Below are positions 7,911-16,321 of a stretch of 33,963 nucleotides of DNA, in pieces (position 1 is the first letter of the stretch; each line of letters begins with the position of its first letter). The DNA comes from a virus (Duplodnaviria > Caudoviricetes): the IMG/VR virus record IMGVR_UViG_3300043184_000051, positions 1 through 33,963 of that record; one strand, given 5' to 3'. The translations under genes and the position numbers were made by a program. The notes under the pieces are model-generated. The model did no database searches. It had not been told where the DNA came from and saw only the letters and a list, made by a program, of their open reading frames with translations.

Positions 7911-8767
7911 GCGTCCCTCGACAGATCGGCGAAGGTGTAATGACCTGACAACTTCCCCCAGACGTAAGCCTCCACTTTCGGGTCTTTCGTCAGTACCAAG
8001 ACGTTGACGCCCATGACTTGGCCGGGCGTCGCCTCGGACAGCCGCCTCATCCACGCCCGGACCTTCTGCATATTGGCGATTTCCTGACCGGCGGTGGCTT
8101 CCGTCATCCGGCCCTGCTCGATCAGCCGCGGATACACCGCACGGCGCTGCTCGACTTCGCGCGCCGCGCACCGATGCAGGCCGCTCATTTCGGAGCGCCA
8201 TTCCTTCGTCTCCGGCCTGCCGTCGGACGGCGGCCGAAGGATCAGAAGCGTCTGAACGACTTCATCAGCCCAGGCCCGCAGCATGTCGGCGCTGGCGTCC
8301 ACCGGCATGTCGGCATAAGCGCGGAGAAGACGATCAAGCGCCTGCATATCGCGCCTCTTTGCCCGCCGAAGCCGCTGCAACAGGGAAATCGTGCTCGACA
8401 CTTCGCCCGGCGTCGGCTGAGAGCCGAAGATATCGCCGAGCTTTGCCGCAAGCCCCTCGCGAAACCGCCTGCGCTGGTTCTTTCGGCTCGACTTCCGCTC
8501 GACGGCCTGAATGATCCTTGCCCGCAGCCGCGCCGCGCGCGGTGTGAATTCCGCGGCGCTCATCGAGCCCTTCGCGGAGTTGCAGGGCAGACAGGCCAGC
8601 ACCAAGTTTTCCGGCGCATTGGTGCCGCCGTGCGCCCGTGGCCTGACGTGATCGAAGGTCGGCTTGGTGTGCCACTGCGCTTCGTTCAACAGCGTGGCGC
8701 AGTAGAAGCAGCGACCGCCTTGTGAGATCAGCTTGCCGCGATACAGCAGCCCGTTTTTTCTCGGCAT
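7907..8767 (-). CDS. HNH endonuclease fused to a C-terminal helical phage domain
   Basis: CFYC...TFDHVRPRAHGGTNAPENLVLACLPCNSAKG. Confidence 0.85.
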   Translation of the reverse strand: MPRKNGLLYRGKLISQGGRCFYCATLLNEAQWHTKPTFDHVRPRAHGGTNAPENLVLACLPCNSAKGSMSAAEFTPRAARLRARIIQAVERKSSRKNQRRRFREGLAAKLGDIFGSQPTPGEVSSTISLLQRLRRAKRRDMQALDRLLRAYADMPVDASADMLRAWADEVVQTLLILRPPSDGRPETKEWRSEMSGLHRCAAREVEQRRAVYPRLIEQGRMTEATAGQEIANMQKVRAWMRRLSEATPGQVMGVNVLVLTKDPKVEAYVWGKLSGHYTFADLSRDA

Positions 8768-8773
8768 GCCTGC

Positions 8774-9394
8774 TCACGACCGAAGTTCCGTTCGGGCCTG
8801 GGCAATCGCGGCGTTGAGCGCAGCCATACGCTCAGCCGATCCGCCCATGTCGGGATGCGCCTTGTGCGCAAGCTGCCTGTAGCGGGCTTCTGCGATCGCC
8901 AGGACTTCAAAGCTGCCGAGACCATCCGGAAACGGCCCGAGAAGATCGCGCCATGAGATCACCGTCGGACTTGCGCCGTCCGGCGGTGGAAGCGCGGCGA
9001 AGCCCTGGAACGCCCGCTCCGACATCACCCCGCCGCCGTGCCGCTCCAACTGCCGCAGCCCTTCCAATGCCAGCCCAAGCGAGCGGAGATTGGCCAGCGG
9101 GGTTTTGAAGGCATCGCGCGCCATCGCAACCTGCTTCGCATCCCGGTAGAAGTAGATCGCAACACCGGGGTCTCTGTCGGAGCGCTCCGCCGCATTGGCG
9201 TAGGGCATGCCGTCGGCGCGCACCGGCATGTTGGATGAAATCACCAAGCCGCTTCCGCGGATCAGCCGGACCTGTTCCTGTAGATGCTTGATCGTATGCC
9301 CCGGCGTCACGGTGAACATATCGCCGGATTTCCGGGCATGGGGTTTGGACCGCGGCCAACCATCGGGCCATGCAAGCGGAAAAGCTGTTGTCAC
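8774..9394 (-). CDS. Phage protein with C-terminal J-domain
   Basis: N-terminal AFPLAWPDGWPR; C-terminal YRQLAHKAHPDMGGSAERMAALNAA containing the HPD motif. Confidence 0.85.
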   Translation of the reverse strand: MTTAFPLAWPDGWPRSKPHARKSGDMFTVTPGHTIKHLQEQVRLIRGSGLVISSNMPVRADGMPYANAAERSDRDPGVAIYFYRDAKQVAMARDAFKTPLANLRSLGLALEGLRQLERHGGGVMSERAFQGFAALPPPDGASPTVISWRDLLGPFPDGLGSFEVLAIAEARYRQLAHKAHPDMGGSAERMAALNAAIAQARTELRS

Positions 9395-9708
9395 TTCACC
9401 GGCTCCTTTGGCTGTTCTTTCGGCTGATGTTGGGCGCAGCCGTTGCCGGGCGTAACCCTTGGGTGCGGCGGCGGGTTGAGGTGGCAGTAGAACCGCTTTT
9501 CGTCGTCCGGGATGGCGAACTCACAGGTCCCGCAGAAGCCGAACCGTAACCGCCTCTCCGGTGGATGCGCGGCTTCAATGACGGCCTCCATCATCGCCCG
9601 GACCTCACCAATGGCGGCGGCGTTCATCGCCCGCATTTCCGCCAAGACGGACGGCGGGGGCCGCGTCGGCTCCGGCTGCTTAGCCGTCGGCTTTTCGGTC
9701 TTGCTCAT
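9391..9708 (-). CDS. Small Cys-rich phage protein
   Basis: CGTCEF...CHLNPP...C pattern; coupled starts and stops. Confidence 0.65.
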   Translation of the reverse strand: MSKTEKPTAKQPEPTRPPPSVLAEMRAMNAAAIGEVRAMMEAVIEAAHPPERRLRFGFCGTCEFAIPDDEKRFYCHLNPPPHPRVTPGNGCAQHQPKEQPKEPVK

Positions 9709-9965
9709 CGCGCACCGCCAAGAATGCCGAGGACAAGAAAGCCCCAGATCAGAATGAGACCGCCCCAGGCGCAGAGCATGACGATGCGTGCCCGGCGGTT
9801 GTGCTTCTGCGCCTCCCGGATGATCCGCTCAGCATCGCTATGCAGAACTTGCGTTTTGCGGATCAAAACTTCCGGCTCCGGGCTCAACTTCTCCGGCACC
9901 CGGCGCGACGGGATGACCCTCGGCCGCGGCCCGGTGAAGTCAAAAGAGGATGGGGGCTTTTGCAT
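9705..9965 (-). CDS. Small protein with C-terminal transmembrane helix
   Basis: ATG 9965 after AAGGAG; hydrophobic IVMLCAWGGLILIWGFLVLGILGG. Confidence 0.65.
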   Translation of the reverse strand: MQKPPSSFDFTGPRPRVIPSRRVPEKLSPEPEVLIRKTQVLHSDAERIIREAQKHNRRARIVMLCAWGGLILIWGFLVLGILGGAR

Positions 9966-9969
9966 CTGA

Positions 9970-10269
9970 CTACTCCTTCGTCGGCAGCGGCGGCAGAAGC
10001 TGGAGAAGTTTTTCGCGGGCTTCGTTAAAGCCCAGGCCGTCCGGCAGCCCCATTGCTTCCACGACGGCGCGGGCTTCATGCATGATGACCGATACGTTCA
10101 TCAGGAAGTGCGCCATGGCCGCGCGTTCGTCGGCGCTTCCCCATAGCAGCGCGATGCGGCGCTGATTGGCGTCGCGCATATAGACGGCACCCCCAAAGGG
10201 CGGCGTCCCCGGCGCGGCGTAGTCCTCCCACTCCCAGGGAAGCGGCGGCAGGTTGGTTAAGTTACTCAT
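9970..10269 (-). CDS. Hypothetical phage protein
   Basis: GGAG RBS; lies within the operon. Confidence 0.65.
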   Translation of the reverse strand: MSNLTNLPPLPWEWEDYAAPGTPPFGGAVYMRDANQRRIALLWGSADERAAMAHFLMNVSVIMHEARAVVEAMGLPDGLGFNEAREKLLQLLPPLPTKE

Positions 10270-10486
10270 TCGTCTTTTTCTCCTTCTCCGCTGTTACAAA
10301 AAACGTCCCGCTAGGCGCGGTCACAACGGCCTGCCCGTCCTTGAGTAAATGGCTGGCGAACTGCGCTTCGAACCTGATCCGCTCCAAGGCGTAGTCCCGC
10401 CAGAAATCCCGCTCAGCGAGCAGAAGGCGATTTCGCGCCTCCTGCTCGGCTGCGCCGGGCGTTGTAATGAAGTAACGGTAGGTCAT
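10262..10486 (-). CDS. Hypothetical phage protein
   Basis: ATGA overlap with the ATPase stop codon. Confidence 0.65.
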   Translation of the reverse strand: MTYRYFITTPGAAEQEARNRLLLAERDFWRDYALERIRFEAQFASHLLKDGQAVVTAPSGTFFVTAEKEKKTNE

Positions 10487-12162
10487 GCGGCGGCCTCGCT
10501 GATAACAGCTTCGGCGCGGCCGTTTTCTACCCAGTATGTTTTCCCGAGACCGAGAGCCGCTAAATCCGGCGCGCGGCGTGCTCCGTTAATCGTCATTCCG
10601 ACGAGAGCCGGGAGTGTTGAAATCTCTAAGGCCGACAGCAAGCCGTTGCGTGCCGCGCTGTCGAGAATATCCGCCTCGTCGATGACGACGACATGCGAGC
10701 GATCAAGGCGGGCGATCACAAGCTGTGATACAATCCGCGCCAGATACCGCTCGCTTGCGCTGCACAACGACAGCGCGCGGCCTCCTACAGTGACTTCAAG
10801 GTCGTCTGACAGAACGATCGTCGGCCAAGCCGCGGCGGCACATAGAATATGAGCGTCTTTGTTGAACCGCTGAACCGCCGCCGCCATCTTGCGCTGCCGC
10901 AAACCATCCGGTGCAAGTTCCGCAACGATTGCGGCATTCTCCAAAATCGTCCGATGCAGGCGTGCGGCGCGTCGCCGCTGATCGGTTGCGACGGCGACGG
11001 CTTCCGCCTTCGCCAACTCCGCGCGGGCGGCGGCGATTGCATCGGCGTTCTTAGAAAGACCTTCTTCCGCGGCCTTAACGGCGGCCTCAGCGTTTAGAGC
11101 GTCGTTGCGGTCGGTCTCTGCATGGGCAACGGCGTGACGGGCCGTCGATAGGGCGCTCTTGGCCTTCGACAGCGCGCCCTCGGCTTGCGCAATGGCGATC
11201 CGGCGCTCCTTCAGCTTCTGCGTATTGCCGATGTTCTCGACGGCGGCAAGCGACCAAGCACCGTCACGGAAGACCAGTGATGAAGTCTCGTTACAATGCG
11301 GGCAGGTGACTTCCGGGGCCTCTTTCTCAACATCGCCAAGCGCTGTGCGCTTTGCTTCGGCGTCGCTCAGCGCGGCCTCTGCGGCCGTTAAAGCGATCTT
11401 TGCATCCGCGACGCGCTGCGCTGCCGCGCTAAGGCCACCTGCGGTCAGGCGAAGCCGCTCTAAATCCGCCTCTGATACCGCGCCCTTTCCAACGGCCTTT
11501 TCGACGGCAATGCGGGCTTGTTCGACGGCGTAGGTTGCGGCGACGTCCTCGACATCATCCCAGGCGAGATCGTAGTTCTGCGGCAGCCATGTTTCGGCTT
11601 TCTTGGAGCCGTACTTTTCGCCGGTGATGTGCTCCCAGGCACCCTTTTTCTTGGTGCCGTTTTCGCGGGCGGTCTTGTGCGCGCTGTCCCATCCGTATTC
11701 GCCGATATGCGACCATATCGCTTTGATCGTGGCGTCATCCGCCTTGCCGCCTAGCGCGGCGTAAAGATCGGCCTCGACCGGCGCGGCGTTGAGAATTTCC
11801 GCCAACAGCGCCATCACCTGCGGCGGCTTGTAAGCGGTAAAGAAATCGAGACCAGCGGCGATGCGTGAAGCCCAGGGCGGATTGTCGCCCGCCGTAGCAA
11901 CCTCAGCTTGCGGCCACTTTACTTCGGCCGTGGCATTACCGGATGCAACGACAACCTGCGCCGCCTCTTTGCCGTCGTGGATAAGCTCCGCGGCGGTCTT
12001 CTTGCTGGTTCCCAACGGCGTCGGGTCGCGGGCAAGTGCCGCGGCGGCGGCTTGAAGGATGGAGGATTTACCGGCGCGGTTGCGACCGGCGATGAGCGCG
12101 ATGGGCGCGACCGTCACATTGGCGACGGCCGCCCCGCGGAAGTTCCGAACGGCGATTTCCAT
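10483..12162 (-). CDS. Rad50/SbcC-like (SMC-type ABC) ATPase with short coiled coil and zinc hook
   Basis: VRNFRG, Walker A GRNRAGKSS, central CPHC within an Ala-rich coiled coil, signature-like LCSASE, Walker B VVIDEAD. Confidence 0.85.
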   Translation of the reverse strand: MEIAVRNFRGAAVANVTVAPIALIAGRNRAGKSSILQAAAAALARDPTPLGTSKKTAAELIHDGKEAAQVVVASGNATAEVKWPQAEVATAGDNPPWASRIAAGLDFFTAYKPPQVMALLAEILNAAPVEADLYAALGGKADDATIKAIWSHIGEYGWDSAHKTARENGTKKKGAWEHITGEKYGSKKAETWLPQNYDLAWDDVEDVAATYAVEQARIAVEKAVGKGAVSEADLERLRLTAGGLSAAAQRVADAKIALTAAEAALSDAEAKRTALGDVEKEAPEVTCPHCNETSSLVFRDGAWSLAAVENIGNTQKLKERRIAIAQAEGALSKAKSALSTARHAVAHAETDRNDALNAEAAVKAAEEGLSKNADAIAAARAELAKAEAVAVATDQRRRAARLHRTILENAAIVAELAPDGLRQRKMAAAVQRFNKDAHILCAAAAWPTIVLSDDLEVTVGGRALSLCSASERYLARIVSQLVIARLDRSHVVVIDEADILDSAARNGLLSALEISTLPALVGMTINGARRAPDLAALGLGKTYWVENGRAEAVISEAAA

Positions 12163-12168
12163 GACGGC

Positions 12169-13170
12169 CTACTCGTCATCGAAAGCCGAACGGGTTTTTG
12201 CCGGTTTCTCAGGCTCCGCCTTCGCCGTCTCCTGCACCGGCTCCTTCTCCGGCTCCGGTGCCGCGGACTGCTGAACCGCCGGGCGCTTGTCTTCAAGCTG
12301 CGGCGATTGCTTCTTCGGCTCATCTTTCTTCGCCGTCTCGGGTTTGCCGCCGTCATTTTCGATGGTGGCACCGACAAGCCCCAACGCCGTTGCGGCGGCG
12401 ATGAATTGCTGAACGCCTTCCGCGCGCGCGGCATCAGACAGCCCGGCAATCTGATCCCATCCCAAACCCCAAACCGCTTCACGCGACAGCGGCACGGCAT
12501 GGCGCGCGGCGAAGGCCATGACGCCGTTGCGCTTCTGCTCGATGACGTTGCCGGTGATGTCGATGTCTTCGCCAAGCGCAAGGCACTGCTTCTCGAACTG
12601 AATTTGCACGTCCTGAGGCACAAGGCGGAGAACGGCGTTTCGATAGGCTTTGCTCTGCGCAATGGTTTGGAAGTTGGGCCGCTGATACGGCGTGCCGTCG
12701 CGCCGCGTTTCCATGCGAAGTTCGCTTCGCTCCATCTGCACCGAATTGCCGGTCTTGATGTCAGTGACTTCAATAACGACGGTGTAATAATCCGGGTCAG
12801 CGGCAAGCTCCGGAACCTGCGCCGCCGTTACCTGCATCGGCTGCCCCTCGCTTGGATAGGAGGTGAAGCGGAACAGCGAGCCGTTTTTTTCGACACTGGC
12901 GACAAGCCGATGTTTCAGCCCCTTGTAGAACCGCGCCAAGTGCGCCGCACCGATGACGGAAATCCCGGCGACTTCCTCGTTCTTGATCTTGAACTTGTAG
13001 ACAAAGGCGCGGCCCCTGCTGCCGTTGAGGATTTCATCGGCAAGCAGCGCCTCATCGGTGCGGTCCATCGCGTGCAAGAGGTCGATGTCTACGCCGCCGC
13101 CGGAAGCCGCCGCGGCGATGACCGCGGCCTTATCAGATCGTGCAGCGGCAAGTTTGGGGAGGTTTTGCAT
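12169..13170 (-). CDS. Conserved-looking phage protein; candidate single-strand annealing protein
   Basis: ATG 13170 after AAAGGA. Lies between exonuclease and ATPase, with AQSKAYRNAVLRLVP helix and a disordered charged tail. Function inferred from context only. Confidence 0.55.
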   Translation of the reverse strand: MQNLPKLAAARSDKAAVIAAAASGGGVDIDLLHAMDRTDEALLADEILNGSRGRAFVYKFKIKNEEVAGISVIGAAHLARFYKGLKHRLVASVEKNGSLFRFTSYPSEGQPMQVTAAQVPELAADPDYYTVVIEVTDIKTGNSVQMERSELRMETRRDGTPYQRPNFQTIAQSKAYRNAVLRLVPQDVQIQFEKQCLALGEDIDITGNVIEQKRNGVMAFAARHAVPLSREAVWGLGWDQIAGLSDAARAEGVQQFIAAATALGLVGATIENDGGKPETAKKDEPKKQSPQLEDKRPAVQQSAAPEPEKEPVQETAKAEPEKPAKTRSAFDDE

Positions 13171-13184
13171 ACGCGGATGTCCTT

Positions 13185-14015
13185 TCACTTGGGTTGAAGA
13201 AGGGAGGATGCGCCGTGCTCTCGACACCACTTCGTTCCGTGCGCCGGGCAGTATTTTGCGGAGCAGAGTTGCGATGCTGGGTTGGCGAGAAACACATGCG
13301 GATCACCGGACGCCCGGAAGGCTTCGACGTCGGCGGCGACGCGGTACGCGGTGGCCAGCGCGGCGCGCTCGGCAACGACGGGGTTGTAGGTGTAGGTCAG
13401 CGCCGGAGGCTGGTCTTTGTGGACCGAAACCCTGGGCACGAAATCTTCAAGCAGCATATCGACCTGATGGCCGTGACTGCGGCGGAGAAGCGAATAAATC
13501 CCAAGCTGATGGACGTGACTGCGCTTCATCACGCCGGTCTTGGTGTCACGGATACCGCCGGGTTCATGAACCGCTTGATCGGCGCGGCCGGAGACGATGA
13601 CGCCCGGCGCAAGCTCCGCCTGCAACCGTTGTTCGATCGTGATCGGTGCCACGCCCGGCGCAATGTCCCGGCGATAGGCCCGAAGCATCCGCTGCACCTG
13701 CCGTTCGGCGGTCCGCATATCGCCCGTCGTTCCATCCCAGACGACGCCTTCGCTGGCCTCTTTGCGGAGCGCATCAATCGCGGCGTCCGTCGCCGCGGTC
13801 TCCGGTGCCAGATCACCGCTGCGCATCTTCTCCGCATAGGAGACTTCGACCCCGGCATGAACCGCAGTGCCGACGCAAGCACCGACATTCTGCGGGGTTC
13901 GGTTGAGATCGAAACCGGCGTCTTTCAGCAGGGATGGCGCGATCTTGGCGATGCCACGACGGGGGCAGTCGACGTAAGACGCCAATGACGATGCGCGGAT
14001 GACGAGCGCGGTCAT
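13185..14015 (-). CDS. RecB/Cas4-like PD-(D/E)XK exonuclease
   Basis: Start ATG 14015 (MTALVIRASSL). Motifs YVDCPRR, GTAVH, IEQRL, SGRAD, DTKTG, QLGIY and C-terminal LCSAKYCPAHGTKWC (1+3 Cys pattern). Confidence 0.85.
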   Translation of the reverse strand: MTALVIRASSLASYVDCPRRGIAKIAPSLLKDAGFDLNRTPQNVGACVGTAVHAGVEVSYAEKMRSGDLAPETAATDAAIDALRKEASEGVVWDGTTGDMRTAERQVQRMLRAYRRDIAPGVAPITIEQRLQAELAPGVIVSGRADQAVHEPGGIRDTKTGVMKRSHVHQLGIYSLLRRSHGHQVDMLLEDFVPRVSVHKDQPPALTYTYNPVVAERAALATAYRVAADVEAFRASGDPHVFLANPASQLCSAKYCPAHGTKWCREHGASSLLQPK

Positions 14016-14173
14016 CGACTGCCACCCCAGGCGATGACGGCGGCCCCGGCGGCATAAACCGCGGCGACGTACAGCGCGAAGCGGCGGGTGTTGCGCGGAA
14101 GATCGGCGGTGCTCATCCCGAGACCGGCAGCGGCGACCATCAGCAACGCCCAAGTCAGTTGTGCGTCGGTCAT
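14012..14173 (-). CDS. 53-aa two-helix membrane protein (absent from the ORF track)
   Basis: Hand translation gives MTDAQLTWALLMVAAAGLGMSTADLPRNTRRFALYVAAVYAAGAAVIAWGGSR. ATGA overlaps at both ends. Confidence 0.7.
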   Translation of the reverse strand: MTDAQLTWALLMVAAAGLGMSTADLPRNTRRFALYVAAVYAAGAAVIAWGGSR

Positions 14174-14424
14174 ACGTCGTTCACCGGGATTAGAGCCTCA
14201 CGCCAGCCCGGCGTCTTTTCGTCGAGGCGCTTCATCGCGTCCTCGATCCTTGCCGCCTTGGTCTCCGGCGGGAGACCCATAAGGTTGAGCCACTTCACAA
14301 AGGCTGGCCAATAAGCAAGCGCCCGCTCCGGCGTCGGTTCGCTGATCCATGCATGATAAGCGCGGGTGTAGACGACGAAGGCGGAGAACGCCGGATCGGC
14401 GGGCTGCTGCTGATCTTGGCTCAT
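14170..14424 (-). CDS. Hypothetical phage protein (MSQDQQQPADPAF...)
   Basis: ATGA overlaps at both ends. Confidence 0.65.
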   Translation of the reverse strand: MSQDQQQPADPAFSAFVVYTRAYHAWISEPTPERALAYWPAFVKWLNLMGLPPETKAARIEDAMKRLDEKTPGWREALIPVNDV

Positions 14425-14627
14425 CCCCGCACCCATAGGCCGGTAGAGCCGGTGACGTAGCGATAACCGAGCAGGCGCATAACGCCGTGCGCTTCCACCG
14501 CGGTCTCACATTGCGCAAAGACCGGCCGCGCCGGATGCGAGGCGTCCCGCAGCGTGACTTTCGGGTCGCGCGGCTGATCCCAATCGACGGCCAAAACCGC
14601 CGGACAAGCCTGTGGATTGATCGACAT
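14421..14627 (-). CDS. First gene of the leftward early operon, hypothetical
   Basis: GGGAGGG RBS; coupled to the next gene. Confidence 0.65.
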   Translation of the reverse strand: MSINPQACPAVLAVDWDQPRDPKVTLRDASHPARPVFAQCETAVEAHGVMRLLGYRYVTGSTGLWVRG

Positions 14628-14694
14628 CCGGTGCCCTCCCTGTTCCCTTGGAAGACCCCTCGTTCAGCCCGTGGAAGCCCCTGGGCGGCCCGTA

Positions 14695-14716
14695 GAGTAC
14701 AATTTGGGTTGTACTC
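14695..14716. promoter_or_regulatory. Candidate repressor operator (perfect 8-bp inverted repeat) at the leftward early promoter
   Basis: GAGTACAA-TTTGGG-TTGTACTC. It overlaps a possible minus-strand promoter TTGCTT-N16-TACAAC (14735-14708). Confidence 0.65.
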
Positions 14717-14760
14717 AACCGGCAAAAAAAAGCAAGGCTCTTGGTAAAACCTTGGCGGGA

Positions 14761-15174
14761 CTACGGTTTTTTCTTGGCGGCCGGGCGGGGGGCGTCGGTG
14801 AGCAGGCGGCGCAGAGCGGCCAACTCCTCAGCCATGGCGGTAAGCTGCGCCTGAACCGCGGCGGCCAACTCCGCCGACTGTGCGGCTTGGAGATTGGCGA
14901 GCGCGCCCTGTCCGAAAATCGCCGTCTGCATATCGAGCAGCGGCGCGATTTCCTGCGCCGTTACGCCCTTTTCGATCAATACACGGGAGAGCGGAAGCGC
15001 GAATTCCGGCGGCAAGAAGTCGCCTTTGAACCGATTTTCATAATGGTTGATGAGCTGCTTGGAGCGGCCGGTGGCCTGCGCTAGCTCGACTTGGGTAAGC
15101 CCGGCGCGTTCGCGGAGGACGCGCAATAGGCGGCCGATATGGCCCGGCGGTTTTGGCTGGTCTGCTCCCTGCAT
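14761..15174 (-). CDS. XRE-family HTH prophage repressor (CI-like, no S24 peptidase domain)
   Basis: LRVLRERAGLTQVELAQATGRSKQLINHYEN plus a C-terminal coiled coil. ATG 15174 preferred over the track's TTG at 15213. Confidence 0.85.
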   Translation of the reverse strand: MQGADQPKPPGHIGRLLRVLRERAGLTQVELAQATGRSKQLINHYENRFKGDFLPPEFALPLSRVLIEKGVTAQEIAPLLDMQTAIFGQGALANLQAAQSAELAAAVQAQLTAMAEELAALRRLLTDAPRPAAKKKP

Positions 15175-15184
15175 GTAGTCGGGG

Positions 15185-15213
15185 CTTATACGCCCATCGG
15201 TCAAAAAGTACAA
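15185..15213 (-). promoter_or_regulatory. Repressor promoter (PRM-like)
   Basis: TTGTAC (15213-15208), 17 bp spacer, TATAAG (15190-15185), ending 10 bp before the ATG. No Shine-Dalgarno. Confidence 0.65.
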
Positions 15214-15290
15214 CTCCGATCATCCTCCCCCTTGACAACCCACCAAAGCCTGGGGTCCAAGCCATTATACCGCACGGGAGGGGACGGGCG

Positions 15291-15719
15291 ATGGCGCGGC
15301 GATCACGCCCTTGGACACCCGAGGAAGACCAGGCGCTGATGCTTAGGGTAGGCCGCCATGAAGACATGACGCAGATCGCCGCTGATCTCCGGCGCAATCT
15401 TCGTGAATGCCATATCCGCTACACCAAGCTCCGCGAACACAATCGAATTCAGACCTACCGCGCGCAACGCTCGGTTCGGGCGCAGCTACCGTCCGGCCCG
15501 TTCCGTGCGCACAACGCCGTCGCCGGGCGCAGCGCGCCGAATGATGCGGCGCTCCGTGATGAATGGCTTAAGCGCAACCGTCCGACGAAGTGCCCGCCGG
15601 GCTTCGCCATCGGCTATGCGCGAATGAACTGGCTGCCTGAAATCGCCGCAGACGAGCAGCCGGTTGAACCCGTTGCGGCACTCCCCAAACCAAACCGAAA
15701 GAAGGAAGTGAAGTCATGA
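15291..15719 (+). CDS. Myb/SANT-like (GcrA-related) HTH regulator in the Cro position
   Basis: ATG 15291 after GGGAGGGG. RPWTPEEDQALMLRVGRHEDMTQIAADLRRNLRECHIRYTKL. Confidence 0.7.
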   Translation: MARRSRPWTPEEDQALMLRVGRHEDMTQIAADLRRNLRECHIRYTKLREHNRIQTYRAQRSVRAQLPSGPFRAHNAVAGRSAPNDAALRDEWLKRNRPTKCPPGFAIGYARMNWLPEIAADEQPVEPVAALPKPNRKKEVKS

Positions 15720-16297
15720 TGCAGACGCCGTCAGGACAGGCCGTCGTTCTTGCCCGTGAAACGATGGTCGGCGACTTGAGAGATAACATCCTCGAAATCT
15801 TGAAGCACAATCACGACGCCCTGCCGTGGAATATGCGCGGCGTCGATAAGCAGCACGAAATCATCGACAACGTAACCCGTCGCGCTGAGGCCATCGTCGA
15901 GCGGGCGGTTGATATTCTGGCGTCCGATGGCCGCCGGGTGATGACCGGCAAGCTGGAAAGCGTCGCCGTCAAAGACGGCTTCGTCGCCAAGGTTAAGCTC
16001 AGCAAAGACGATCCGCTCCGTCATGCCTTGGTCGATGCCACCGGGCATAAGGTCGTCATCGTCGTCGCGGCGACCGATGATTATTCCGGTGCCCGCGGCG
16101 ATGTCAGGATTGAAAGCCCGCAGCGCGGCTTGCCGTTCGATAAGGCTAAGGACGGCGAAGAACTGCCGGAGCCGACGGCGGAAGAAGACGACGCCGAAAG
16201 TCAGACCGACGACATCGACGAAGATGATGACGTCGATGAAGACGGCGACGATGACGGCGAAGAATTTGACGACAGCGACGACGAAGAGCACCGCTGA
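15716..16297 (+). CDS. Phage protein with very acidic C-terminal tail
   Basis: Globular N-terminal region followed by EEDDAESQTDDIDEDDDVDEDGDDDGEEFDDSDDEE. Confidence 0.75.
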   Translation: MMQTPSGQAVVLARETMVGDLRDNILEILKHNHDALPWNMRGVDKQHEIIDNVTRRAEAIVERAVDILASDGRRVMTGKLESVAVKDGFVAKVKLSKDDPLRHALVDATGHKVVIVVAATDDYSGARGDVRIESPQRGLPFDKAKDGEELPEPTAEEDDAESQTDDIDEDDDVDEDGDDDGEEFDDSDDEEHR

Positions 16298-16321
16298 CCG
16301 ATGAGGGCTTGATCGGGGAAG

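Noticed and set aside
7911-8201. N-terminal extensions in the ORF track (also at 14016-14153, 3813-3950, 4030-4218 and 15153-15290)
   Set aside because: They overlap neighbouring genes. Downstream starts with an RBS or ATGA coupling fit better.
11908-13988. Long plus-strand ORFs (429, 191 and 282 aa)
   Set aside because: Antisense to well-supported, coupled minus-strand genes; no recognisable domains.
13185-14015. Cas4-like nuclease as evidence of a CRISPR-Cas locus
   Set aside because: No repeat-spacer array or other cas genes seen. Solo Cas4/RecB-like nucleases are common in phage recombination modules.
15232-15270. Rightward lytic promoter from the perfect TTGACA at 15232
   Set aside because: No credible -10 at 16-18 bp (TTATAC is about 27 bp away). 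It may be real but is not supportable from sequence alone.
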